A stretch of DNA of 41,684 bases, from the NCBI GenBank assembly GCA_001275005.1, contig JWZX01002170.1, positions 1 through 41,684 on the forward strand, in the 5' to 3' direction. Below, piece by piece: positions 10,307-18,324 of the stretch. Each line of letters opens with the position of its first letter. Position 1 is the first letter of the stretch. This stretch comes from Chrysochromulina tobinii. Taxonomy: Eukaryota. A model generated the notes under the pieces. That model saw only the letters and a program-made list of their open reading frames with translations. It did no database searches and was not told the origin of the DNA. A program made the position numbers and the translations under genes.

Positions 10307-10662
10307 GTCGGTTTGAGAAGACTCACACGCGGATTTGAGAAGACTGTAGACTCGCACACGCAAATCGTGTCGCAATTGCGCCCGAAACCCGACGCAATTG
10401 CGCCCGAAATCCGAAGCAATTGCGTCCGAAAACAGCCGCAATTGCGCGAAAAACGCGCGCTCTGCGCTTCCAACGCAAATCGCACGTAAATCGCACGCGG
10501 CTTGATCGACGCGATTGCGGATGAGTTTCGCGCAATTGCGGCTGATTTCGGACGCAATCTGATTTCGGACGCAATTGCTTCGGATTTCGGGCGCAATTCG
10601 GGGGCAATTGCGAAACGATTTGCGTGGAGTCTTCTCAAACCCGTGAGTCTTCTCAAACCGAC
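10307..10662. mobile_element. Foldback / MITE-like non-autonomous element (356 bp) with 20-bp terminal inverted repeats and nested internal IRs
   Basis: Perfect IRs: gtcggtttgagaagactcac 10307-10326 / 10643-10662; 12 bp 10334-10345 / 10628-10639; 12 bp 10357-10368 / 10615-10626; 36 bp 10396-10431 / 10563-10598; 19 bp 10433-10451 / 10526-10544. No target-site duplication seen. Confidence 0.7.
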
Positions 10663-10720
10663 CCTTCCTATGAACGCGTAGCGTGCGAAACTCCGAGGAA
10701 CTCACCCCCCACGAGCGACT

Positions 10721-12910
10721 ATGCTACTGCTCGCCGGCTTTGCGATCGGCCAGCCCCAGGGGCTCACTTGTCCGTCGGGCTCAAATTACGTGGGCCTTAC
10801 CTCTCGCATCGGAACTGCACCTGCGCTGCGCGGCTCTATCGGATGCGTTGACACAGGCGCAATCTCTTACCGACAGACGCTCTCATCGACAATTGCGGGT
10901 ACTCAGACTACCACAGTCAACATCTATGGCCCCTTCGAGGCAGGCTTCACTTCTAACCAGCCCGGCATGAGCTGCCTCGGTACCCAGTCCGTCGTTGATG
11001 GCATAGACACGTACACGGCCGAGCTCATGATCCGCAACTTGTGCAGCGACAATTCAATCTCGCTGCTCGACACTTGTGGCGACCACGCCAACCCGCGCCA
11101 CTTTCACGAGATGCTGACCAACTGCCTGAGCTACCAGGCAGCCTCGGGCCACTCGACGCGCCTCGGTACGTCGGGAGATAACCGTGGCATCTACGGCTAC
11201 TTCGAGGCCAGCAACACCTACCCAGTGCTCGACGTCTGCGGCGCTCACGTCGGCATCACGCCAGATTCGAATGGGCAGCCGGTCGTTCACTACCATTCGC
11301 AAGTGTATCCGCCCTTCTTCGTTGGGTGCTACACGAATGCCGATGCGACGATGACCCTTGCTCAGTGCCGCGCCCTCTTCGCAGGCTGCTCAAGCGCAGC
11401 CTATTCCATCACAACTGCCCACGGCTCAGGCACCTACCAGAGAGACTGCCCTTGCTGGGACCCGACGACCCGATCCAACGTCCCAGGCGCCACCGGCACG
11501 CCCGGATATTGGCCAGCCTCTCTGCGTCTCCCGCCGCCACCGCCGCCGCCGCCTCCGCCCCCCTCGCCATTCGGCATCGCGGCATGCGCGGGTGCGAGCG
11601 CGTGCTGCGTGGTCATCTTCCGCGGCGCATCGGGCGCTCAGTGCAATAACGTCCCTGTATGGGACCTCAGCGGCTGGTCACATCCGGGTGGCAGCGACGT
11701 CACGGCCTCGTCGCTCTGTGGCACGGTTCGCTTCGGCTGGCTCTCGCGTACCTCCAGCCACGCCAGCTCCCAAGATCCGGAAACCGACGCCGCCAGCCTC
11801 ACTGGTGGTGGCCAGCGCGTCGGCTCTTACCGTGACCCAGCCTGCCCTGCGTCGTCGCCGCCGCCCTTTTCGTTCCTGCCCTCTCCCTCACCGCCGCCAC
11901 CCTCTCCCTCACCGCCGCCACCCTCACCCTCACCGCCGCCACCCCGGCCCCCGCCGCCCCCGTTGTCGCCGCCCCCGCTGGCGTACGTCCATGCCGCCTT
12001 CACTGCGAGCGGCGACGTGAGTGACTACGGCCCCGACAAGCAGCAAGCGATCCGTAATCTCTTCGCCACCGCGGCCTCCAGTGTCACCACCGTCTCCCCA
12101 TCGGCCGTCACGCTCACCATCACACCCGCCTCGGTCGCCATCACCGTCACGATCGTGCTCCCCAGCGCAACGGCTGCAAACAGTGCGAGCAGTGCGCTCA
12201 GCACGGGCATCATGGCGAGCCCGGCGGCCCTCGGGTCGGCTCTGAGCACAGCAGGCGTCCCTGCGACCGTTGCCGCCATCGTGGCTCCCAGCACCTCATT
12301 ATCCTCGACCCCCTCGACCACTTCCAATGCCGCCACTAGTGCGGACGACCCTTGCTTCCCGTCGCACGCCTTCGTCACGAGGGCCGATGGCACGCACGTG
12401 CTCATCGCGTCCCTTCGGGAAGGTGACGCCATCGTTGCCGCGACCAGCGAAGGTGCACTCACCACCGACACCGTCTCGCTCCTCTCGATTGCCAAGCCAG
12501 AGGCAAATGCGGACTTTCTCACCCTCACGATCGCAGACGGGCGGAGCCTCAGCCTCACCGCGGCTCACCACGTGCCCACCGGCCCACGCTGCTGTGGAGT
12601 TCTCGAGCAGGCCAAGGATCTCATCGTGGGTACGACTATCTGGACGGTGCCCGCAACGGGCGGCGGCGGACTGGTGGCTCAGCCCATTACCAAGATTGGT
12701 CGTACGGCCGCAGCGGGGCTCCATTCACCCGTCCTCAGCAATGGAGGCTTCCCCGTCGTCGACGGCATCGTCACCTCCTTCGACTCGATGGGCAAGGTCA
12801 GGCTCGCCACGTACGGTCTCAAGCCCCTTCTCAGCGTGTGCAAGCTCACCGACACGTGCGGGCACCTCCGGACGCTCCTGCTCGGCGCCGAGATGGCATA
12901 CATCGTGTAA
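10721..12910 (+). CDS. Secreted YHYH-like domain + cytochrome b5-like domain + Pro-rich/SEA-like stalk + C-terminal hedgehog-type Hint (Hog) autoprocessing domain (729 aa)
   Basis: Signal peptide MLLLAGFAIGQP. YHYH-like motifs LDTCGDHANPRHFHE, GIYG and LDVCGAHVG...VVHYH. Cyt-b5-like CCVVI...VWDLSGWSHPGG...SSH...RVGSY. Hint motifs P|CFPSHAFV...LREGD (Cys codon 12353), LSLTAAHHV and GLHSP...GFPVVDGIVTS. Confidence 0.85.
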   Translation: MLLLAGFAIGQPQGLTCPSGSNYVGLTSRIGTAPALRGSIGCVDTGAISYRQTLSSTIAGTQTTTVNIYGPFEAGFTSNQPGMSCLGTQSVVDGIDTYTAELMIRNLCSDNSISLLDTCGDHANPRHFHEMLTNCLSYQAASGHSTRLGTSGDNRGIYGYFEASNTYPVLDVCGAHVGITPDSNGQPVVHYHSQVYPPFFVGCYTNADATMTLAQCRALFAGCSSAAYSITTAHGSGTYQRDCPCWDPTTRSNVPGATGTPGYWPASLRLPPPPPPPPPPPSPFGIAACAGASACCVVIFRGASGAQCNNVPVWDLSGWSHPGGSDVTASSLCGTVRFGWLSRTSSHASSQDPETDAASLTGGGQRVGSYRDPACPASSPPPFSFLPSPSPPPPSPSPPPPSPSPPPPRPPPPPLSPPPLAYVHAAFTASGDVSDYGPDKQQAIRNLFATAASSVTTVSPSAVTLTITPASVAITVTIVLPSATAANSASSALSTGIMASPAALGSALSTAGVPATVAAIVAPSTSLSSTPSTTSNAATSADDPCFPSHAFVTRADGTHVLIASLREGDAIVAATSEGALTTDTVSLLSIAKPEANADFLTLTIADGRSLSLTAAHHVPTGPRCCGVLEQAKDLIVGTTIWTVPATGGGGLVAQPITKIGRTAAAGLHSPVLSNGGFPVVDGIVTSFDSMGKVRLATYGLKPLLSVCKLTDTCGHLRTLLLGAEMAYIV

Positions 12911-13157
12911 TCTGCAAAGGTCTCGCGGGGCTTGCGAGCTGCCCAGCTGCGTTTGTCATCGCGCGTCCCCGTGCAACTCGAGGGGCTTCCTCTTTTGACG
13001 CCGCCGATTCTGGATTCTTGCTCGGCTCCTAAGATAAGCGATAAAGAAGGGTCAGTGCTGAGGGGTAGTCCCTGTCGACTGACCGCCCACGAGAAGCGGT
13101 GAGCCGATGCATATGGGAGTCAGAGGATATCGACGCTCGAGGCGCGCGTCAGTGTGC

Positions 13158-13177
13158 AGAGAGAGAGAGAGAGAGAG
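13158..13177. repeat. (AG)10 microsatellite
   Basis: Direct reading of the sequence. Confidence 0.95.
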
Positions 13178-13925
13178 CATGATGGAGGCGTCTGACCCCA
13201 TTTCGAAAAGGCTCCGAAAATAGGCTGGTTGGCCGTGTCGAGACAGTACGAAGTTGTGTGCGGGTTCGTGAGCGACCCGAGCGTACCACGTGCGCCACAG
13301 AGATACGTGCCTCAGTGAGCTTCAGCTTTTGGCGGTCGGGAGTATGGCGCTATCGGGTATGTGCCCATTACACAAGGCGCGTCATTACGGTCATGGACCG
13401 TCGTATACCGTACATATTTATCCTGGACGGGCGTGTGCTCGGACTCAGTGCCGGGGACTCGCTCGCGACGGTTCCGGGTTTACGGAAGTATCGGAAGTTT
13501 TCGGTAGTCGTATGACGCGATCCGAGAAAATAGTCGAATGCCTGCATGCGAATTGGCCTGGACGAGCTGAAAGCCGACATCCGGTTGCGGGTTTGGCACC
13601 GAATTCAATTCCCAATCCCGAATCCGCGCGTCCCTGAAGATCACGATCCCGCACTGGAGCACTGTGCCGCTGTGGGTGTTTTTCGGTTCTTGCCGTGGCC
13701 CTTGTCAGATTAGAATCAGCTGCTCAGAATTCCTACTGTAAGAAAGGGAATTCTTATCGTAGTAGTAATGAGATTCATACGGGGCTACCGCGTTACCGCC
13801 AGGCGCAACGTGTACTCCAATGTACTCCAATGACCAATGGACACCGTACTCCGATGGTCCACCGTCTCCGTAAGCATAGCCTGACAAGCCTGGTGTGTAT
13901 TGGGGAGACTTCGCGTTTTCAAGAT

Positions 13926-15215
13926 TCAACTGAGCAGCGTGCTTGAATTCGCAGAGCCGTTTTGTAGAACATCTGCATCGGCAGCATACGGGTCCTCTTC
14001 TGGAACTGTGCATGGCGCTCCCGGCATCGAGTCGTCGAGCCTATTGTTGACGCAAGCAGGGCAACGCTCACCCCCCTCCTGGGCGCGCTTCGCGGCCCAA
14101 AGCGCAGATGCGACCTGATTCAAGTGACGCGCTCTCGCCTCACCTGTGTGAAATTTGTGAACAACTCGCTGACCTCGTGCGGTTATATTGCGCAGTGCCT
14201 CACGCTGCTCCGGGGCAAGCCAGTAACGTAACGTCTCGTTGAGCATTGACGGGGTGCTCTCGATGTAATGAATTCCGGGCAGTAAACCAAGTGGACGAAG
14301 GAGGTGAGCTGCGGCCGTGTCAGTCAGCATCGCCGTCCCTGCCGCGGCAATCTCAAAATGTTTGGCGACGAGCCACAGGGTGGATGCCGGTCGTCCCTTG
14401 AAGTTATGCTGCCGGCAGCCAGCAATAGCGATGTAGTAACGCGAGATGGCCTCGGCGTAATCACTCGCCTCCTGCTGCGGATTCGTAAACGCGTGTGTTC
14501 TTGTGGTGACAGTGCGCCTTTGCACCATGCCCGTGCTTAACAGTGCCTGTGCGCGAACTCGGAGTGGGTAGTGCGCATGAATCTCGCCCGAGAGAAGGAC
14601 GGGCTCAGTTTTCGCATCGAATGCGAGGGGGCGCAAGAAGCCTTCGCTGGCTGCGTGAGGAAAGTGGATGACACGATGCTTCGGCTCGATGTGAAAGTGG
14701 CCCTGTAGTAATGATATCGTTGACTCTGGGTACCTTGCGAGCACCCCATCAAACCAAGCCCCAGCTTGGCGAAGCACGTAGCCGGTATCTATCAGACCTA
14801 AGTCTTCAGTAATCAAAAGCCAGGCTGCACCAGCAATCTGATCGCCACGCAGTGATTCGTTGAGCAGCTTGTTGCGCCAAGCGTTCACTAAGTCATAGCC
14901 GCTGGCATTGAGAATATAGAATGCGAGTACATCTGGAACACAGCCGAGGTGCATCGCGAGCTCGCCTACATCCATCACATGCCAACCAGAAGCTCCCATT
15001 CGCGTCGAAAGATCATTCATGAACGGTGAGAAGCTTGTGGCGAATCGAGTTGGAATAACAAAAGCTCTGCAGGTTGCATTTGCAGCAGCACATCTGTCTG
15101 TGCATTCAAAAAGAGATGATGGCTCGCAAATGAGCTGCGTGCTGTTGCTATAGCGGGTGTCATTCGCGTACATTCGGACGCCGTTGTACTTCAAATTGGT
15201 GGGTTGCAACGGCAT
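13926..15215 (-). CDS. Glycosyltransferase, Glyco_trans_1_2 / CgeB-YkvP-like C-terminal GT-B half
   Basis: YAEAISRYYIAIAG...LVAKHFEIAAAGTAMLTD...LLPGIHYI...LRNITARGQRVVHKFHTGEARARHL is the typical PF13524-type signature. First in-frame ATG is 15215 (in-frame stop upstream at 15321-15323); intronless. Confidence 0.72.
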   Translation of the reverse strand: MPLQPTNLKYNGVRMYANDTRYSNSTQLICEPSSLFECTDRCAAANATCRAFVIPTRFATSFSPFMNDLSTRMGASGWHVMDVGELAMHLGCVPDVLAFYILNASGYDLVNAWRNKLLNESLRGDQIAGAAWLLITEDLGLIDTGYVLRQAGAWFDGVLARYPESTISLLQGHFHIEPKHRVIHFPHAASEGFLRPLAFDAKTEPVLLSGEIHAHYPLRVRAQALLSTGMVQRRTVTTRTHAFTNPQQEASDYAEAISRYYIAIAGCRQHNFKGRPASTLWLVAKHFEIAAAGTAMLTDTAAAHLLRPLGLLPGIHYIESTPSMLNETLRYWLAPEQREALRNITARGQRVVHKFHTGEARARHLNQVASALWAAKRAQEGGERCPACVNNRLDDSMPGAPCTVPEEDPYAADADVLQNGSANSSTLLS

Positions 15216-15258
15216 CGTATAACACACGACGCACTCGGCGCGTTGTCCAATGGGTTCA

Positions 15259-15304
15259 GTACCGGGTATACCGGTACAGAACAGCGTCGGGTTATACCCG
15301 GTAC
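15259..15304. promoter_or_regulatory. Hairpin of two TACC(G/C)GGTA palindromes upstream of the glycosyltransferase
   Basis: gtaccgggtata 15259-15270 is the reverse complement of tatacccggtac 15293-15304. The same core recurs at 24308, 26656 and 30697. Regulatory role is inferred. Confidence 0.4.
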
Positions 15305-15592
15305 CTGGCCCCTGTTGTTCTTATGTTAATTACTTTCTTCCAAAAATGACATGTTTTTAGATGTTTGGCTTCGCTTTGACACGTCACACTTCCATTTACT
15401 TGTTTGTCTGTTGACCTCCAGTGGTCCATCTGCTGTGCATTATGCACCTGCGTACGGTATAATGATTAATGAAGTGGAGGTGAGACCTCGAGATGGATGT
15501 GCATTTTGTGCCACGAGCAAACGAGGCACGAGACCCACACACGAGAGACGGGCAAACATCGAGGGCAAACACGCCACACGCACCTGAAGAAT

Positions 15593-16441
15593 TCACTCGA
15601 GGGGCGGCGGCTCGTCGTCCGTGAGTGGTGGCGGCGCGTCGGCGTCTGGTACGCCTGCGAGGCAGACCTCCCCCGCGAGAATGCGCTTGACAAGCGCCGC
15701 CTCTGCCTTCGCCTTATGCACGAGGGCCACAGACTTGGGTGAGCCGACGAAGTGAATCGTCGACCACGCGAACGCGTCCGTCTGCATTTGATGAACGAGC
15801 ACGCGCAGGTCCATGATGCTAAGGTTGTCGGGAACGGTCTCGCGCGGTCGGCCGCTCGCCACCCATGCCTGCACTAGGTCGTGCCGATTGAGGAAGACGG
15901 GCGTCACTGTCGACGACGATAGCTCATCACAGCAGAAGACGGGCAACGTCCAAGTGCCCAGCTCAAGCCCCTGCGCAACCACTTGCTGCGCGACCGCCTC
16001 CTTAGTGGCCTCGACGGTCGACGATTGCCCCTGCAGCCGAAGATTGCCCACAAAGTGCGACTCAGCCCAGCCCATGGCCAAGGCAAAGGCCAGCCCCAGC
16101 GGCGTTACCCCGAGGTGCAGCAGGGGCACATCGGGGTTAGATTCCCGCGCGCTTGCGAGCATGCCCATGGCATCGTCAGCATCGGTGAACCAGCAGCACA
16201 CCTCGCCCTCGCCTTCGGGATCTTGCATGCCGACAATGTTTGAGTCACCATTGAGGATGCAAAACGTAGGCACTGAATTCAGTTTCTGCATGATCTCCGT
16301 CTGAGAGAGCGCCGCCGCACTTGGTGCTGGTTGCAGTGGCTTTGGAGGCGACTCTGGCTTCTTCTGCTCAACATTGCGCTTTGGGGACGGTGGCGTAGCT
16401 TCAATCGCCGGAGTATTGGCTGCTGCTGCCTTCTTCCCCAT
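15593..16441 (-). CDS. Tic22-like family protein
   Basis: IMQKLNSVPTFCILN...CWFTDADDA...LGVTPLGLAF...LPVF...TPVFLNRHDLVQAW...IMDLRVLVHQM...IHFVGSPKS fits the two-repeat Tic22 fold. Likely start MGKKAAA at 16441. Confidence 0.75.
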   Translation of the reverse strand: MGKKAAAANTPAIEATPPSPKRNVEQKKPESPPKPLQPAPSAAALSQTEIMQKLNSVPTFCILNGDSNIVGMQDPEGEGEVCCWFTDADDAMGMLASARESNPDVPLLHLGVTPLGLAFALAMGWAESHFVGNLRLQGQSSTVEATKEAVAQQVVAQGLELGTWTLPVFCCDELSSSTVTPVFLNRHDLVQAWVASGRPRETVPDNLSIMDLRVLVHQMQTDAFAWSTIHFVGSPKSVALVHKAKAEAALVKRILAGEVCLAGVPDADAPPPLTDDEPPPLE

Positions 16442-16777
16442 TCCGTCTCCCGTGCCGCACGAGAGAACTCGGGAGCTCGCCGAAATCCGAAAATCCACAT
16501 GAGCTCGCCTGGATCTCCCCGTTTCCATCCGTTGGTTCATTCGAGGTCATGCGTCTTGCGCGCCGCGCCGCACGCGCGCTCAACAAGTAATTTTTAGTCA
16601 CACCCCTCCATAGGTGGATGCACACGCTCAGAGATGCTCGCTTTGTACAGGGTCACCGCCCTGGGTGATCCTCTCTGTTCCTGGCCCTCTCAGACATGGC
16701 GACACCGCTCACGTATGGACTATGCTCTGGTGCTACTGTGGCCGAAGAACAAGGCGTTCGGCTCCGCTCGGCAGCCC

Positions 16778-17929
16778 CTACGCCGCTGGATTGTGCCGCA
16801 ACCACCGGGCGACCTTGAGCACATCTTCCACCCCTATGTCGACCTCGTTGGCAGCCACCACCTTGGTGTACCAGGAACGTGCCAGCTCAAAGTCCTGGGG
16901 GAAGCCGTGCGAGCCGTCCGCAAAGTAGTTCCCGAGCAAGTACGCCGCGGCCTGGCTGCCCTGGTCTGCGGCGATGCCGAGCAGCATGCTTGCACGCACC
17001 TTGCACTGTCGCACCCCGACGCTCTCGGCATAGCATTGGCCCAGGGCTGCCGTGCCCGACAAGTCGCCCGCATCGCGACTCTTGCCGTACCACTCGACGG
17101 CCAATGCCAGGTTCTGATCGAACCCCTTCCCACCATGGTGGTAGGCGGCACCCAACTCGTACATGGCGAAACCGTCGCCCGCGTCCGCCTTGCGTCGCAT
17201 CTGCGCCATGCGCTCCTCGTTCGCCAGCCTCGTCGTCCACGCGCCGAGCTTCTCGCCCGTCAGCGCGCCCGACTCGACCATCCCGCGGATCATGTCCCGG
17301 ATCGAGTGCGCCGTCACGAGGTACGCACCCATCGCGCGACCGGTCGTGGGCGACTTGAGCTGCTGTGTCAGAAACTGCGTGATGGCGCTGCGCTCGTAGA
17401 CCCTTCCATCCTCGGCCATCACCGGGTCGATCGGCAGCGACTTCGTCAAGGGGCAGATGAGCTTAGCAATCGCCTCGTCCATCATTCTCAGTCGAGTGGC
17501 CTCCAAGGTCGACGCGTCCTCGGGGATCGCGGCCTCGGGGGTCACGACCTCGGGGGCCGCAGCCTCGGGGGTCATGGCCTCGGGGGGCACCGCCTCGGGG
17601 GTCGCGTCATTCAAGTTCACATCATCCTCGGTCACGTCGAGCAGATCGGACGTTTCCATGCCCAGCATGGCATTCTGCAGGCGCTCCTTGTCGATGCGGT
17701 CCTGCTCGCTGAGCTCGATGGGTTCCGCCTTCCCGAGGAAGGCGACCTCGTCCTGCTCCTTGAGGGACTTGACCTCTTTGATCAAGCCTTCGCTCAAAGG
17801 GCCCTTGGTAGTGTACTCGCCGGTGGTGTACGCGTACCACGAGGGCACCATGAGGACGTTGGCGCGGGCGCGCCCCACGTGCGGGACTCCCACGTTGAGG
17901 CCGCTGGCGGCGAGGCAGAGAGCGAGCAT
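16778..17929 (-). CDS. U-box + Sel1-repeat protein (putative E3 ligase) with N-terminal signal/transit-like presequence
   Basis: U-box LICPLTKSLPIDPVMAEDGRVYERSAITQFL...KSPTTG. Sel1 repeats AMYELGAAYHHGGKGFDQNLALAVEWY and AAYLLGNYFADGSHGFPQDFELARSWY. Start MLALCLAASGL at 17929. Confidence 0.85.
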   Translation of the reverse strand: MLALCLAASGLNVGVPHVGRARANVLMVPSWYAYTTGEYTTKGPLSEGLIKEVKSLKEQDEVAFLGKAEPIELSEQDRIDKERLQNAMLGMETSDLLDVTEDDVNLNDATPEAVPPEAMTPEAAAPEVVTPEAAIPEDASTLEATRLRMMDEAIAKLICPLTKSLPIDPVMAEDGRVYERSAITQFLTQQLKSPTTGRAMGAYLVTAHSIRDMIRGMVESGALTGEKLGAWTTRLANEERMAQMRRKADAGDGFAMYELGAAYHHGGKGFDQNLALAVEWYGKSRDAGDLSGTAALGQCYAESVGVRQCKVRASMLLGIAADQGSQAAAYLLGNYFADGSHGFPQDFELARSWYTKVVAANEVDIGVEDVLKVARWLRHNPAA

Positions 17930-18324
17930 GGGCGGGTTGTGGAGGCAATCTGAGAATACTTCGCGAGCTTCTAACGACCACGAAAGAAACGAAGCGCGCG
18001 GGAGGTTGCACGAGCTCCACATCTGACGATTTCTCGATCCGAATTCAACCACAAAAGCAAGAGAAACGGTTTGCCCACCCGAGCGCAAGCTTGGAGCGTG
18101 CTGTGGGGAATGCGAGTGTTCGTCAAGTCAACACAGACACACAGAGCGGTCGTCAAGTCAACAATCAAGCACAATCAAGTGGTGGAAGGGGGAAAGAATT
18201 GTCTTGATGCGACTTCCTTGTCAAGCGGCCTTGTGTGTTTCACAGCAGCAGCAGCAGTCAACAAACTTGAGAACTTACCGTAAACCTGACTTGACACGTG
18301 GCAGTATCTGGATTCTTGGAGGAA

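Noticed and set aside
10214..10705. Minus-strand ORFs in the foldback element as a transposase
   Set aside because: Short, low-complexity translations of the palindromic repeats with no DDE or other catalytic motifs.
12353..12910. Hint domain as a true intein
   Set aside because: No terminal His-Asn followed by Cys/Ser/Thr, no split host protein and no homing endonuclease; layout is hedgehog/Hog-type.
13180..13900. Intergenic region as a transposon remnant or RNA gene
   Set aside because: Only small hairpins (acggtc-atg-gaccgt) and a gtactccaat doublet; no TIRs, LTRs, tRNA cloverleaf or convincing ORF seen.
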